From Bacteroidota bacterium (GTDB lineage Bacteria; Bacteroidota; Bacteroidia; Chitinophagales; LD1): a stretch of DNA of 64,000 nt. The notes under the pieces are model-generated. The model made no database searches. It was not told the DNA's origin and worked only from the letters and a program-made list of their open reading frames with translations. This document shows, piece by piece, positions 47,967 through 54,911 of the stretch. Position numbers and translations under genes: made by a program. Position 1 is the first letter of the stretch; every line of letters begins with the position of its first letter. The stretch covers positions 9,791 through 73,790 of the forward strand of contig CANJLD010000004.1 in assembly GCA_947475165.1 (NCBI GenBank), written 5' to 3'.

Positions 47967-48476
47967 ATGAACAAGATAATTTCAATATCAATTGCAGCAC
48001 TAACTCTACTCGTTACGGTTTCATCTTGTCACCGCGATAGCACTAGCGCTAATTGCCCCGGCACTCCATTTGCCACCTGGAAAGTAGATGGAGTAACACA
48101 GGAAAGTTACGTGTATGTTTATACCCATGCAGGTACGGTAAGTAATTTTACGTTAACCGCCTGCGTAAACGATGCTAACGACAAGATAGTGCAAATGGCT
48201 TTTATTCCTTACCCACCGGTGGTTGGTTCTTATCCGCTTAAATGGAGCGGTCAGGGAGTTTGGAATGGCTTTGGTTCGGGGCAGTACATTACGGACGATG
48301 ATGGCGATTATTTGACCGACAGCACAACCTATACTGGCTCATTTGATATTGCTTCGGTAAATACTACTGATAAACGGATTACCGGTTCATTTCATTTTGC
48401 AGCGCATGAGGTAAATCCGGGTACCCGCACTGTAAATGTTACCGATGGTATGTTTACTAATATGAAATACGAATAA
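47967..48476 (+). CDS. hypothetical lipoprotein
   Basis: MNKIISISIAALTLLVTVSSC lipobox, beta-rich, with C-terminal ITGSFHFAA...VTDGMF. The start is trimmed from 47919. Confidence 0.65.
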   Translation: MNKIISISIAALTLLVTVSSCHRDSTSANCPGTPFATWKVDGVTQESYVYVYTHAGTVSNFTLTACVNDANDKIVQMAFIPYPPVVGSYPLKWSGQGVWNGFGSGQYITDDDGDYLTDSTTYTGSFDIASVNTTDKRITGSFHFAAHEVNPGTRTVNVTDGMFTNMKYE

Positions 48477-48518
48477 GCAAGCACCCCTTAATTAATAATT
48501 CATTTAAAACTATAAGTT

Positions 48519-49922
48519 ATGAAAGCATCAATCATCTATATTCTTATTAAAAAAATGAATCGTATGCAAACTTCATTTAAAACATTCATTGCCTTTGCTG
48601 TGTTTCTTCTCGTTGTAACGCAACCGGTATCGGCTTCTGTAAAGCAATTGATTGGCGACCGCACCATTAACTGGAACACCGGTTCATCTTCGTTTGTCGG
48701 TTACGATCCTACCACTTACGAATATGATGGAAGCGGTAAAGTTACTTTGCAACATGGCTTCCTGTATAATACTTCAACCGGTTGGAAAGAAACCACACAA
48801 ACCTTTTATACCTACAGCGAAAATTTGCTGACCAACAAAACTACTTACGGTGTAAGCACCGGTACGCAGGTAAACAGTTTTAAAATAGATTATACCTATA
48901 ACGGAAATAATCAACTTACTGTAGAGGCAAGATGGTTGTGGGTTAGCGGTGCATGGATGGGCATAAACCGTTATACCAGTGTATATGATGTGCAGCAACA
49001 TTTAACTTCATATACTACCGAAAACTGGGTTTCCAACAACTGGAGAAATTTGAAGAGAGAACAATACTCTGATTTTACCGGTAATGTGCCGGTAACCGAG
49101 GTGCACCAGACCTGGAGTATCGGTACTAATACATGGCAGAACTACCGCAAATATATTCACACATTGTATGCTGCCACACTTAAAGATTCAGCTGTTGGAC
49201 AATCTAATTGGATATCCGGCTCATCTGCTTGGGATTTTATAGGCTTAACTGTTTATATGTATAATGGAAACGGAACTATGGCTTTGCAGAAGTATTATGA
49301 ATGGATTTCTCTTCCTCTTGTCGGCACTTTGCCTTTTATTCAATGGAAGTATACATATACCTACACAGGTGATATACTTACTTCTGTTTACCACGAAGTT
49401 TCTTACACCGGCAGCACCACTTTAACTCCAAAAGATGTTGCAAACTACACGCTTGATATTAACGACCACTATTATTCGCTGGTGCAACAAACGTATGATA
49501 CAACTGCACATGCTTTTGTAAATACCAAAAAATATTTTTTTGATTATGATGCCGATAATGATTTACGCCACCAGGTTTCGCAGGATTGGAGCGGAAGTGC
49601 ATGGGTAAATAATAACGAAGATTATTACTGGTACAACAGCGTGCTTACCGGTGTAGAGGAAATTGCAGAAACAAAACGGCTGAATGTTTTTCCAAACCCT
49701 TTTAACCAAACAGCTACGGTTGAATTTAATTTAATTGAAAACAGCACTGCAAAAATTCGGGTGTTTGATTTAAATGGTAGATTGCTGCAGGAAGCAGAAC
49801 ACTTTTTTACTGATGGTAACAACCAATGGGTGTTTGACGGCAGTGAACTCAACGCAGGCTTTTATTTTATAAAAATTGAAACCACTAAAGAAAAATTTGT
49901 TCAAAAAATTTCGAAACTCTAG
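48519..49922 (+). CDS. T9SS type A sorting domain protein with W/Y-rich YD-like repeats (paralogue 1)
   Basis: 467 aa with a signal peptide (..VTQPVSA). Repeats follow Y.Y[DNST].N...T ... W..G.W (e.g. YEYDGSGKVT, YTYNGNNQLT, WSGSAWVNN). CTD: LNVFPNPFNQTATVEF...GFYFIKIETTKEKFVQKISKL. Confidence 0.8.
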   Translation: MKASIIYILIKKMNRMQTSFKTFIAFAVFLLVVTQPVSASVKQLIGDRTINWNTGSSSFVGYDPTTYEYDGSGKVTLQHGFLYNTSTGWKETTQTFYTYSENLLTNKTTYGVSTGTQVNSFKIDYTYNGNNQLTVEARWLWVSGAWMGINRYTSVYDVQQHLTSYTTENWVSNNWRNLKREQYSDFTGNVPVTEVHQTWSIGTNTWQNYRKYIHTLYAATLKDSAVGQSNWISGSSAWDFIGLTVYMYNGNGTMALQKYYEWISLPLVGTLPFIQWKYTYTYTGDILTSVYHEVSYTGSTTLTPKDVANYTLDINDHYYSLVQQTYDTTAHAFVNTKKYFFDYDADNDLRHQVSQDWSGSAWVNNNEDYYWYNSVLTGVEEIAETKRLNVFPNPFNQTATVEFNLIENSTAKIRVFDLNGRLLQEAEHFFTDGNNQWVFDGSELNAGFYFIKIETTKEKFVQKISKL

Positions 49923-49961
49923 ACGATTTACTTTCTTTTAAATTCGACAAAACCCAAAGAC

Positions 49962-51443
49962 ATGAAACCATCAATCATTTATATGCTTACTAGGAAAGTA
50001 AGAAAACAAATTCTTCTTGTTGCTAGCTGTGTTTTGTTTATTAGCACTAATGCGCAAACCGGTTCGCGTTTAATTGGTTATGGGAAGTATGACTATAGCG
50101 GGGGAATGTGGTACAATGTTGACAGTTTAAAAATGCAGTGGTTGGGTAATTTCGGTGGCGATCAAGACCATGCTGACCCTTGGATTCTTACTTACCGGGA
50201 GAGCGTTAACAGCAACTATGTAAGTATTAACTATGGCTATAAAGATTATTATACTTACAACGCCAATAACCTGGTTGTAACTGCCCTTCATTTAGAATGG
50301 GATGGCTCTATCTTTCAAAACTATTCGCGCAGCACCGATAGTTTTGATGTACAAAACAGAAGGGTGCAAACCGTAGGGGAAAGGTGGGTGGGTGGTACTT
50401 GGGTGAAGAGCGAACTTTATGTTTATACTTTCGATAGCAATAACCTCGTTATCAGTGCAGATATAAAACAATGGAACACCGGAACCGGTATCTGGCAGCC
50501 TTTGCAGATTTATACCAGAGAGTATAATGCAGCAGGTAAAACAACTTTATACCAGATTGTTTACTGGAATGGAACTTCATGGGTAAATTCAGATAAGATT
50601 GAATATGTGTATGATGCAAATAACTACCTGCTTACCCAAACTTCTTATACGGGTAGCGGTTCCACATGGATAAATTACCAGCGGTTTTCGCATCAGTACG
50701 ATGTAAACAATAATGAAACTATCTACACTTATTTTTTATGGAATTCTCCTGCCAGTGCATGGAAAAATGTGCGGAGAGATTTATATACTTATAACGGCAA
50801 CAACTTAAAAATCGAGTGGACTGAACAAACATGGAGTACTGTTTGGGATAATTCTTTTAAATACTTTTTTACCTACACTGCTGCTGGTCAGTTTGAAACA
50901 CGTACCCGCCAAAATTGGTCGGGCAGTTGGGTAAATGCTACCAAATATCTTAACACTTACAATGGGAACGGATTCGGGTTAGAAGATAAAACGCAAATCT
51001 GGGATGGTGTTACATGGGTAGATGCGAGTAGGACCACTTACGTTCGAAACAGTTTCGACCAAAGAACTTTAACCATGGAACAAACTTATGCCGTAGGTGC
51101 ATGGACTACTACCAGTGAAAAATACAATTACTACGAAGCCTATTCACCGGTGTCTGGTGTGGATGACCTTTCAGCGACTAAGAACTTAAAAGCATATCCG
51201 AATCCTTTTATTCAAAATTGCATAATTGAATTTGAAAGCAGTGCTTTCGGAAAGCAATTGATTCAGGTTTTTGACTTAAGCGGCAGGTTGATAAAACAAA
51301 CGGAAGAATATTTTCCAGCTGGTACCAACAACTGGCTGTTTGACGGAAAGGATAATAGCGGCAATGAAATAGCAAAAGGGTTTTATGTGGTAAGAATTGA
51401 GACAGTGAACGAAAAATTTGTTCAAAAAATAACAAAGATGTAA
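49962..51443 (+). CDS. T9SS type A sorting domain protein with W/Y-rich YD-like repeats (paralogue 2)
   Basis: 493 aa with about 8 repeats of W.G..WVN....Y.YD.NN.L. CTD: LKAYPNPFIQNCIIEF...GFYVVRIETVNEKFVQKITKM. Confidence 0.8.
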   Translation: MKPSIIYMLTRKVRKQILLVASCVLFISTNAQTGSRLIGYGKYDYSGGMWYNVDSLKMQWLGNFGGDQDHADPWILTYRESVNSNYVSINYGYKDYYTYNANNLVVTALHLEWDGSIFQNYSRSTDSFDVQNRRVQTVGERWVGGTWVKSELYVYTFDSNNLVISADIKQWNTGTGIWQPLQIYTREYNAAGKTTLYQIVYWNGTSWVNSDKIEYVYDANNYLLTQTSYTGSGSTWINYQRFSHQYDVNNNETIYTYFLWNSPASAWKNVRRDLYTYNGNNLKIEWTEQTWSTVWDNSFKYFFTYTAAGQFETRTRQNWSGSWVNATKYLNTYNGNGFGLEDKTQIWDGVTWVDASRTTYVRNSFDQRTLTMEQTYAVGAWTTTSEKYNYYEAYSPVSGVDDLSATKNLKAYPNPFIQNCIIEFESSAFGKQLIQVFDLSGRLIKQTEEYFPAGTNNWLFDGKDNSGNEIAKGFYVVRIETVNEKFVQKITKM

Positions 51444-51480
51444 AGTGATTCTATTTTCATTTTCTAAATTCACGGGCAAT

Positions 51481-52059
51481 ATGATGAAACTGCTGTTGCC
51501 CGTGTTTTTTATGTTTTCGCTAACGCTCACCGCACAAAAGCATACCTATACTGTTGAACTCTTTGGGAAAAAAATTGGGCAAACCACTATTGAGCGTATT
51601 GATAAAGGCAAAGGAGAAGTGGAATACAGATTGAGCAGTAAAAGTGATGTGCATATTTTCTTTACGCACAAAACTTCTGACATGGTGCTTAACGCTACCT
51701 ACAAAGACGGAAAATTATTTTCGAGTTACTGTAAGAATGTAAAAGATGATATTACAGAAGTAGTATCCATTGCGTGGAACGGAACAAAGTATATTATTAA
51801 AAAAGGAGAGGAGACTTTGCAGCTAACTCAGTTGGTTGATTTTTCGGCTGTGCAGCTTTACTTTATGGAACCGAGAGGAAGAGCAAGAATATTTTCGGAG
51901 CGCATTGGCGAGTTTTGCAGCTTTGTAAAAAAAGCGGAGGGCGTTTATGAATGTAAACTCGCCAACGGTGTTACCAATATTTACCGTTACCGCAACGGCA
52001 TTTTATACGAGCTGGAAATGAGCAAAGGTGCCAGTGTGTTTATGAAATTGGTTCAATAG
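51481..52059 (+). CDS. hypothetical secreted protein
   Basis: MMKLLLPVFFMFSLTLTAQ signal and a beta-rich body. The start is trimmed from the GTG at 51445. Confidence 0.6.
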   Translation: MMKLLLPVFFMFSLTLTAQKHTYTVELFGKKIGQTTIERIDKGKGEVEYRLSSKSDVHIFFTHKTSDMVLNATYKDGKLFSSYCKNVKDDITEVVSIAWNGTKYIIKKGEETLQLTQLVDFSAVQLYFMEPRGRARIFSERIGEFCSFVKKAEGVYECKLANGVTNIYRYRNGILYELEMSKGASVFMKLVQ

Positions 52060-52110
52060 TATGTAGTGCATCTGGTTGAGCATCTGTACAGATATGTAAA
52101 GCGAGAGGAA

Positions 52111-52140
52111 TCGAAACCTTTACGCGTATCCTTGTGGTAG
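52111..52140. repeat. left copy of a 30-bp imperfect direct repeat bracketing the tandem array
   Basis: tcgaaacctttacgcgtatccttgtggtag compared with the copy at 52761: 24 of 30 positions identical by my hand alignment. Confidence 0.5.
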
Positions 52141-52339
52141 CCTATTCGTATGCTCAGTATTACATTTCTCATCACACTTATCCCTCCCCGAATTCGGGCA
52201 TAATAAACAAGTTATAGTAAATCTTGTATTTGCAGGGTGCAGAATAGGCGTTACCAGGTTTATCGGCATGACAATGCCTGCTTTTGCTTCAAACTGTCTT
52301 TTTTTACTCTTTTCTGTGTCTTTTTAACAATGATTTTCC

Positions 52340-52717
52340 GTGAACTAACGAGTACACGAAAAAACAGCGTCACGATTTTTCGTAATGTGATGAGTATATG
52401 AAGTAACATCATCACGATTTATTGTAACGTGACGAGTACACGAAGTAACATCGTCACGATTTTTCGTAATGTGATGAGTATATGAAGTAACATCGTCACG
52501 ATTTTTCGTAACGTGATGAGAATATGAAGTAACATCATCACGATTTATTGTAACGTGACGAGTACACGAAGTAACATCGCCACGATTTTTGGTAACGTAA
52601 CGAGTACACGAAGTAACATCCTCACGATTTATTGTAACGTGATGAGTACACGAAGTAACATCGCCACGATTTTTGGTAACGTAACGAGCACACGAAGTAA
52701 TCTCATCACGATTTTTC
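52340..52717. repeat. tandem array of nine 42-bp units (18 phased 21-bp GTAAC half-units), each with an internal 8-bp inverted repeat; non-coding
   Basis: Unit boundaries are 52340, 52382, 52424, 52466, 52508, 52550, 52592, 52634 and 52676, ending at 52717. The consensus is gtaacgtgaYgagtacacgaagtaacatcRtcacgatttttY. CGTGACGA (positions 5-12) pairs with TCGTCACG (positions 28-35). Confidence 0.9.
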
Positions 52718-52760
52718 AGAACAAGATGATACTTTGATAAAGCATGTCAGGCGAACGGTG

Positions 52761-52790
52761 TCGAAGTCTTTGCGCACATCCTTCTGGTAG
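52761..52790. repeat. right copy of the 30-bp imperfect direct repeat bracketing the tandem array
   Basis: tcgaagtctttgcgcacatccttctggtag, located 650 bp from the left copy. Confidence 0.5.
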
Positions 52791-52985
52791 GCTCATGATG
52801 ACGCCTCTCTCTTCAAACTGATGCACCACCCAATAGCGCAGAAGAATGTCACCTTGAGCATGGGCGAAGGGCAAGAAGCAACTATAACAGGTTTCTTTAA
52901 ATATTTTGTGAAGAAATGTTTTGGGGATATTTGTGCACAAAAATTATTTTCGTTCCATTAATTAATAACCTAAATAAATTAAATC

Positions 52986-53219
52986 ATGAAAAAAGGGATA
53001 ATCCTAACGTTTGCCGTAGCAGCAATACTGGCTGGCTGTGGCGAGAAGTTTACTCCGCTTAGCCAAGAACAAATCAACGCACAAGTTGATTCATTAGTAA
53101 CCGCTCAATCTGAAGCTAAACTTACCGAGCTTCGCGCAGCCTGCGAAAGTGGACTGGAAGCACAGGTGAATGCAAAAGTGGAAGCATTGAAGGGCGCAGA
53201 AGTTGCCGAAGTGAAATAA
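52986..53219 (+). CDS. small helical lipoprotein (77 aa)
   Basis: MKKGIILTFAVAAILAGC lipobox. The remainder is Ala/Glu/Lys/Gln-rich. Confidence 0.6.
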   Translation: MKKGIILTFAVAAILAGCGEKFTPLSQEQINAQVDSLVTAQSEAKLTELRAACESGLEAQVNAKVEALKGAEVAEVK

Positions 53220-53245
53220 TTCTAAAACCGAAAAAATAACACACA

Positions 53246-53668
53246 ATGAAAAAAATATTCATGAATCTTTCGGCAGGCACCACTTTCGCGGTAGCTATTG
53301 CCCTTGCCTCTTGCAACAATGCCGAGCAGGTAAAAAAACAAGTTGAAGAACAAAACGCAAAAATTCAAACTGCGGTTGACGAAAAATTAAACGGTTTGGC
53401 AGAAACAGTAAATGCTGAATGTACGGCTAAGGTTGATTCATTGGCAAACGTTGCTTACGCAGCATGGGTTGAGGAAGAAGCTGCCGCTGCCAAGAAAGGC
53501 GGAAAGAAACTGGCCCCGAAACCAAAACCGCAGACCAAGAAAGAAGAACCGAAAAAAGATCCACAAAAAGAAAGAGCAGGTGGAGCAACAACTAAGGAAG
53601 AAATTCAAAAACAAAGAAATTCGGACCCTAAAAAGACTGAGTTGGAAAATCAGAAAAAGAGAAATTGA
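53246..53668 (+). CDS. small lipoprotein with helical N-terminal half and Lys/Glu/Pro-rich tail (140 aa)
   Basis: Lipobox IALASC. The segment VDEKLNGLAETVNAECTAKVDSLA parallels QVDSLVTAQSEAKLTELRAACESGLEAQVNAKVEAL of the upstream gene. Confidence 0.6.
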   Translation: MKKIFMNLSAGTTFAVAIALASCNNAEQVKKQVEEQNAKIQTAVDEKLNGLAETVNAECTAKVDSLANVAYAAWVEEEAAAAKKGGKKLAPKPKPQTKKEEPKKDPQKERAGGATTKEEIQKQRNSDPKKTELENQKKRN

Positions 53669-53680
53669 GTTTGCTGTATT

Positions 53681-53725
53681 CCCTAAAAAAAAGTCCACCC
53701 AAAAGGGTGGACTTTTTTTTTAGGG
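53681..53725. terminator. bidirectional rho-independent terminator between convergent genes
   Basis: ccct-A8-gtccaccc / aaaa / gggtggac-T9-aggg. The core stem spans 53692-53713, with an A-run upstream and a T-run downstream. Confidence 0.8.
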
Positions 53726-53738
53726 AAGCAGTTAATTA

Positions 53739-54167
53739 TTAAAGAGCAACCGTTACGTTACAAGTCTCAGTAGTATTATCCGTGTAAACCACTGTATAAG
53801 TCAAAGTGATTATGTTTCCAGACACTGAACCTGTACCTGTAAATTTTCTGCCTGTTGCATCAATAAAGTTAGTGTAAGAGAAAGTAGTTCCTGAAACTTT
53901 CGCTTTAACAACGGCTGGAGTAGTAAAGTTTCCTAAATTGCTAAATACAATATATTCAACATCGCTATCAGCAGTAATAGACATATTGTACCCTGACCCA
54001 GCGCAGTTATCTGTAGTGACTTTGTTGTTAGCTAAGAATTTAGTTCTAACTTCAGTTTTGCAATCACTGCCTTCGTATCCCGGATCACAAGTTTTAGTAC
54101 AAGAAGAAATAGAAGCTACAGAAGCCATTACAGCTACGATTAAAAATGAATTGAAAATCTTTTTCAT
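53739..54167 (-). CDS. lipoprotein with an EGF-like Cys motif immediately after the lipobox (paralogue A)
   Basis: 142 aa: ..SISSCTKTCDPGYEGSDCKTEVRTKF.., followed by a beta-rich domain. Confidence 0.65.
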   Translation of the reverse strand: MKKIFNSFLIVAVMASVASISSCTKTCDPGYEGSDCKTEVRTKFLANNKVTTDNCAGSGYNMSITADSDVEYIVFSNLGNFTTPAVVKAKVSGTTFSYTNFIDATGRKFTGTGSVSGNIITLTYTVVYTDNTTETCNVTVAL

Positions 54168-54246
54168 GATGTTTTTGTTTTAGTTTAAATAATATAAGGC
54201 AAATCTATAAACTTTGAAATAACGGCAAAACGTAAAATACGCACGC

Positions 54247-54669
54247 TTACTTTTGCACCCAAGTGCAATTAGCATCCGTTAAGCCAGCTATGGTAACTAC
54301 GTATGAAATATTAATTTTTCCATTGTTGGTTACACTTCCACTAATAGTACCGGTGCCGAAAGTTTGCGGAGCAATAGTGATAGAGCCGTTTGCCAACACA
54401 GTACCAATGGTATTAAACCCGGCATTGTAAATATTATTGATTTTTATTTTGGTTACATCTCCGCTTATTGGAATTATAGCTATTGAAAAAGTATCGGTAG
54501 CAGCACTGCAGGTTTGTGTGCCGTTGAAAGTTCCTGCAAATTTATCGCGAACAGGAGTAACACAGTGGTCGCCTTCGTAGCCAAGGTCGCACACGCGGGT
54601 GCAAGATGCTATAGTGAACAAAACAGCAATGGCAGTAATTCCTAAAATAGTTTTTATAATGTTTTTCAT
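54247..54669 (-). CDS. lipoprotein with an EGF-like Cys motif immediately after the lipobox (paralogue B)
   Basis: 140 aa: ..TIASCTRVCDLGYEGDHCVTPVRDKF.., followed by a beta-rich domain. Confidence 0.65.
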   Translation of the reverse strand: MKNIIKTILGITAIAVLFTIASCTRVCDLGYEGDHCVTPVRDKFAGTFNGTQTCSAATDTFSIAIIPISGDVTKIKINNIYNAGFNTIGTVLANGSITIAPQTFGTGTISGSVTNNGKINISYVVTIAGLTDANCTWVQK

Positions 54670-54726
54670 ATACGTTGATTAGCGTAGGGCAAAACTATAA
54701 ATAGGCGAAGAACCGCCAAATGGAAT

Positions 54727-54767
54727 AAAATCCGTGCTCACGGTTCTGAGCCATGAGCACGGATTTT
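54727..54767 (-). terminator. rho-independent terminator of the TonB-receptor operon
   Basis: 14-bp perfect stem (aaaatccgtgctca / tgagcacggatttt) with a 13-nt loop. The minus strand continues ttttattcc. Confidence 0.65.
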
Positions 54768-54911
54768 ATATTGTATTAGTTTAGATTTGACGGTAAGCTG
54801 TTGATGATAATATTGACAAAAAAGTAAATGGACAAAACAGACAAAAATATTTTAGCCGTAGGACTTGGCTTGTTGCTGATAATGGTGACCTGCTAAGACA
54901 TAAATCACATA

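Noticed and set aside
52096-52125. tRNA T-arm-like string (minus strand ggtttcgattcc) suggesting a tRNA or tRNA fragment
   Set aside because: The flanking bases do not form a T-stem or acceptor stem, and no anticodon arm or D-arm can be drawn. Only a 6-bp gtaaag/ctttac hairpin is present.
52340-52717. Considered whether the repeat array is a CRISPR array
   Set aside because: The units abut directly with no unique spacers. The 42-bp period is all repeat. No cas genes occur anywhere in the window.
52555-52737. 60-aa ORF (MTSTRSNIATIFGNV... 14-aa periodic peptide) as a real repeat protein
   Set aside because: It exists only because one frame of the last four units lacks stops. Earlier units (tatatgaa variant) break the same frame. 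There is no start context, and no signal or domain features.
52716-52940. 74-aa minus-strand ORF in the gap after the array
   Set aside because: No recognisable features. It overlaps the right bracketing repeat and sequence resembling degenerate intergenic elements. Likely spurious.
53412-53723. 103-aa Lys/Arg-rich alternative frame overlapping the 140-aa lipoprotein gene
   Set aside because: It has no signal or start context. The lipoprotein frame has a proper lipobox and paralogy to the upstream gene.
54828-54896. 22-codon hydrophobic plus-strand ORF (MDKTDKNILAVGLGLLLIMVTC) between two minus-strand genes
   Set aside because: Too short to support without conservation data, and it sits in the terminator and promoter spacer.
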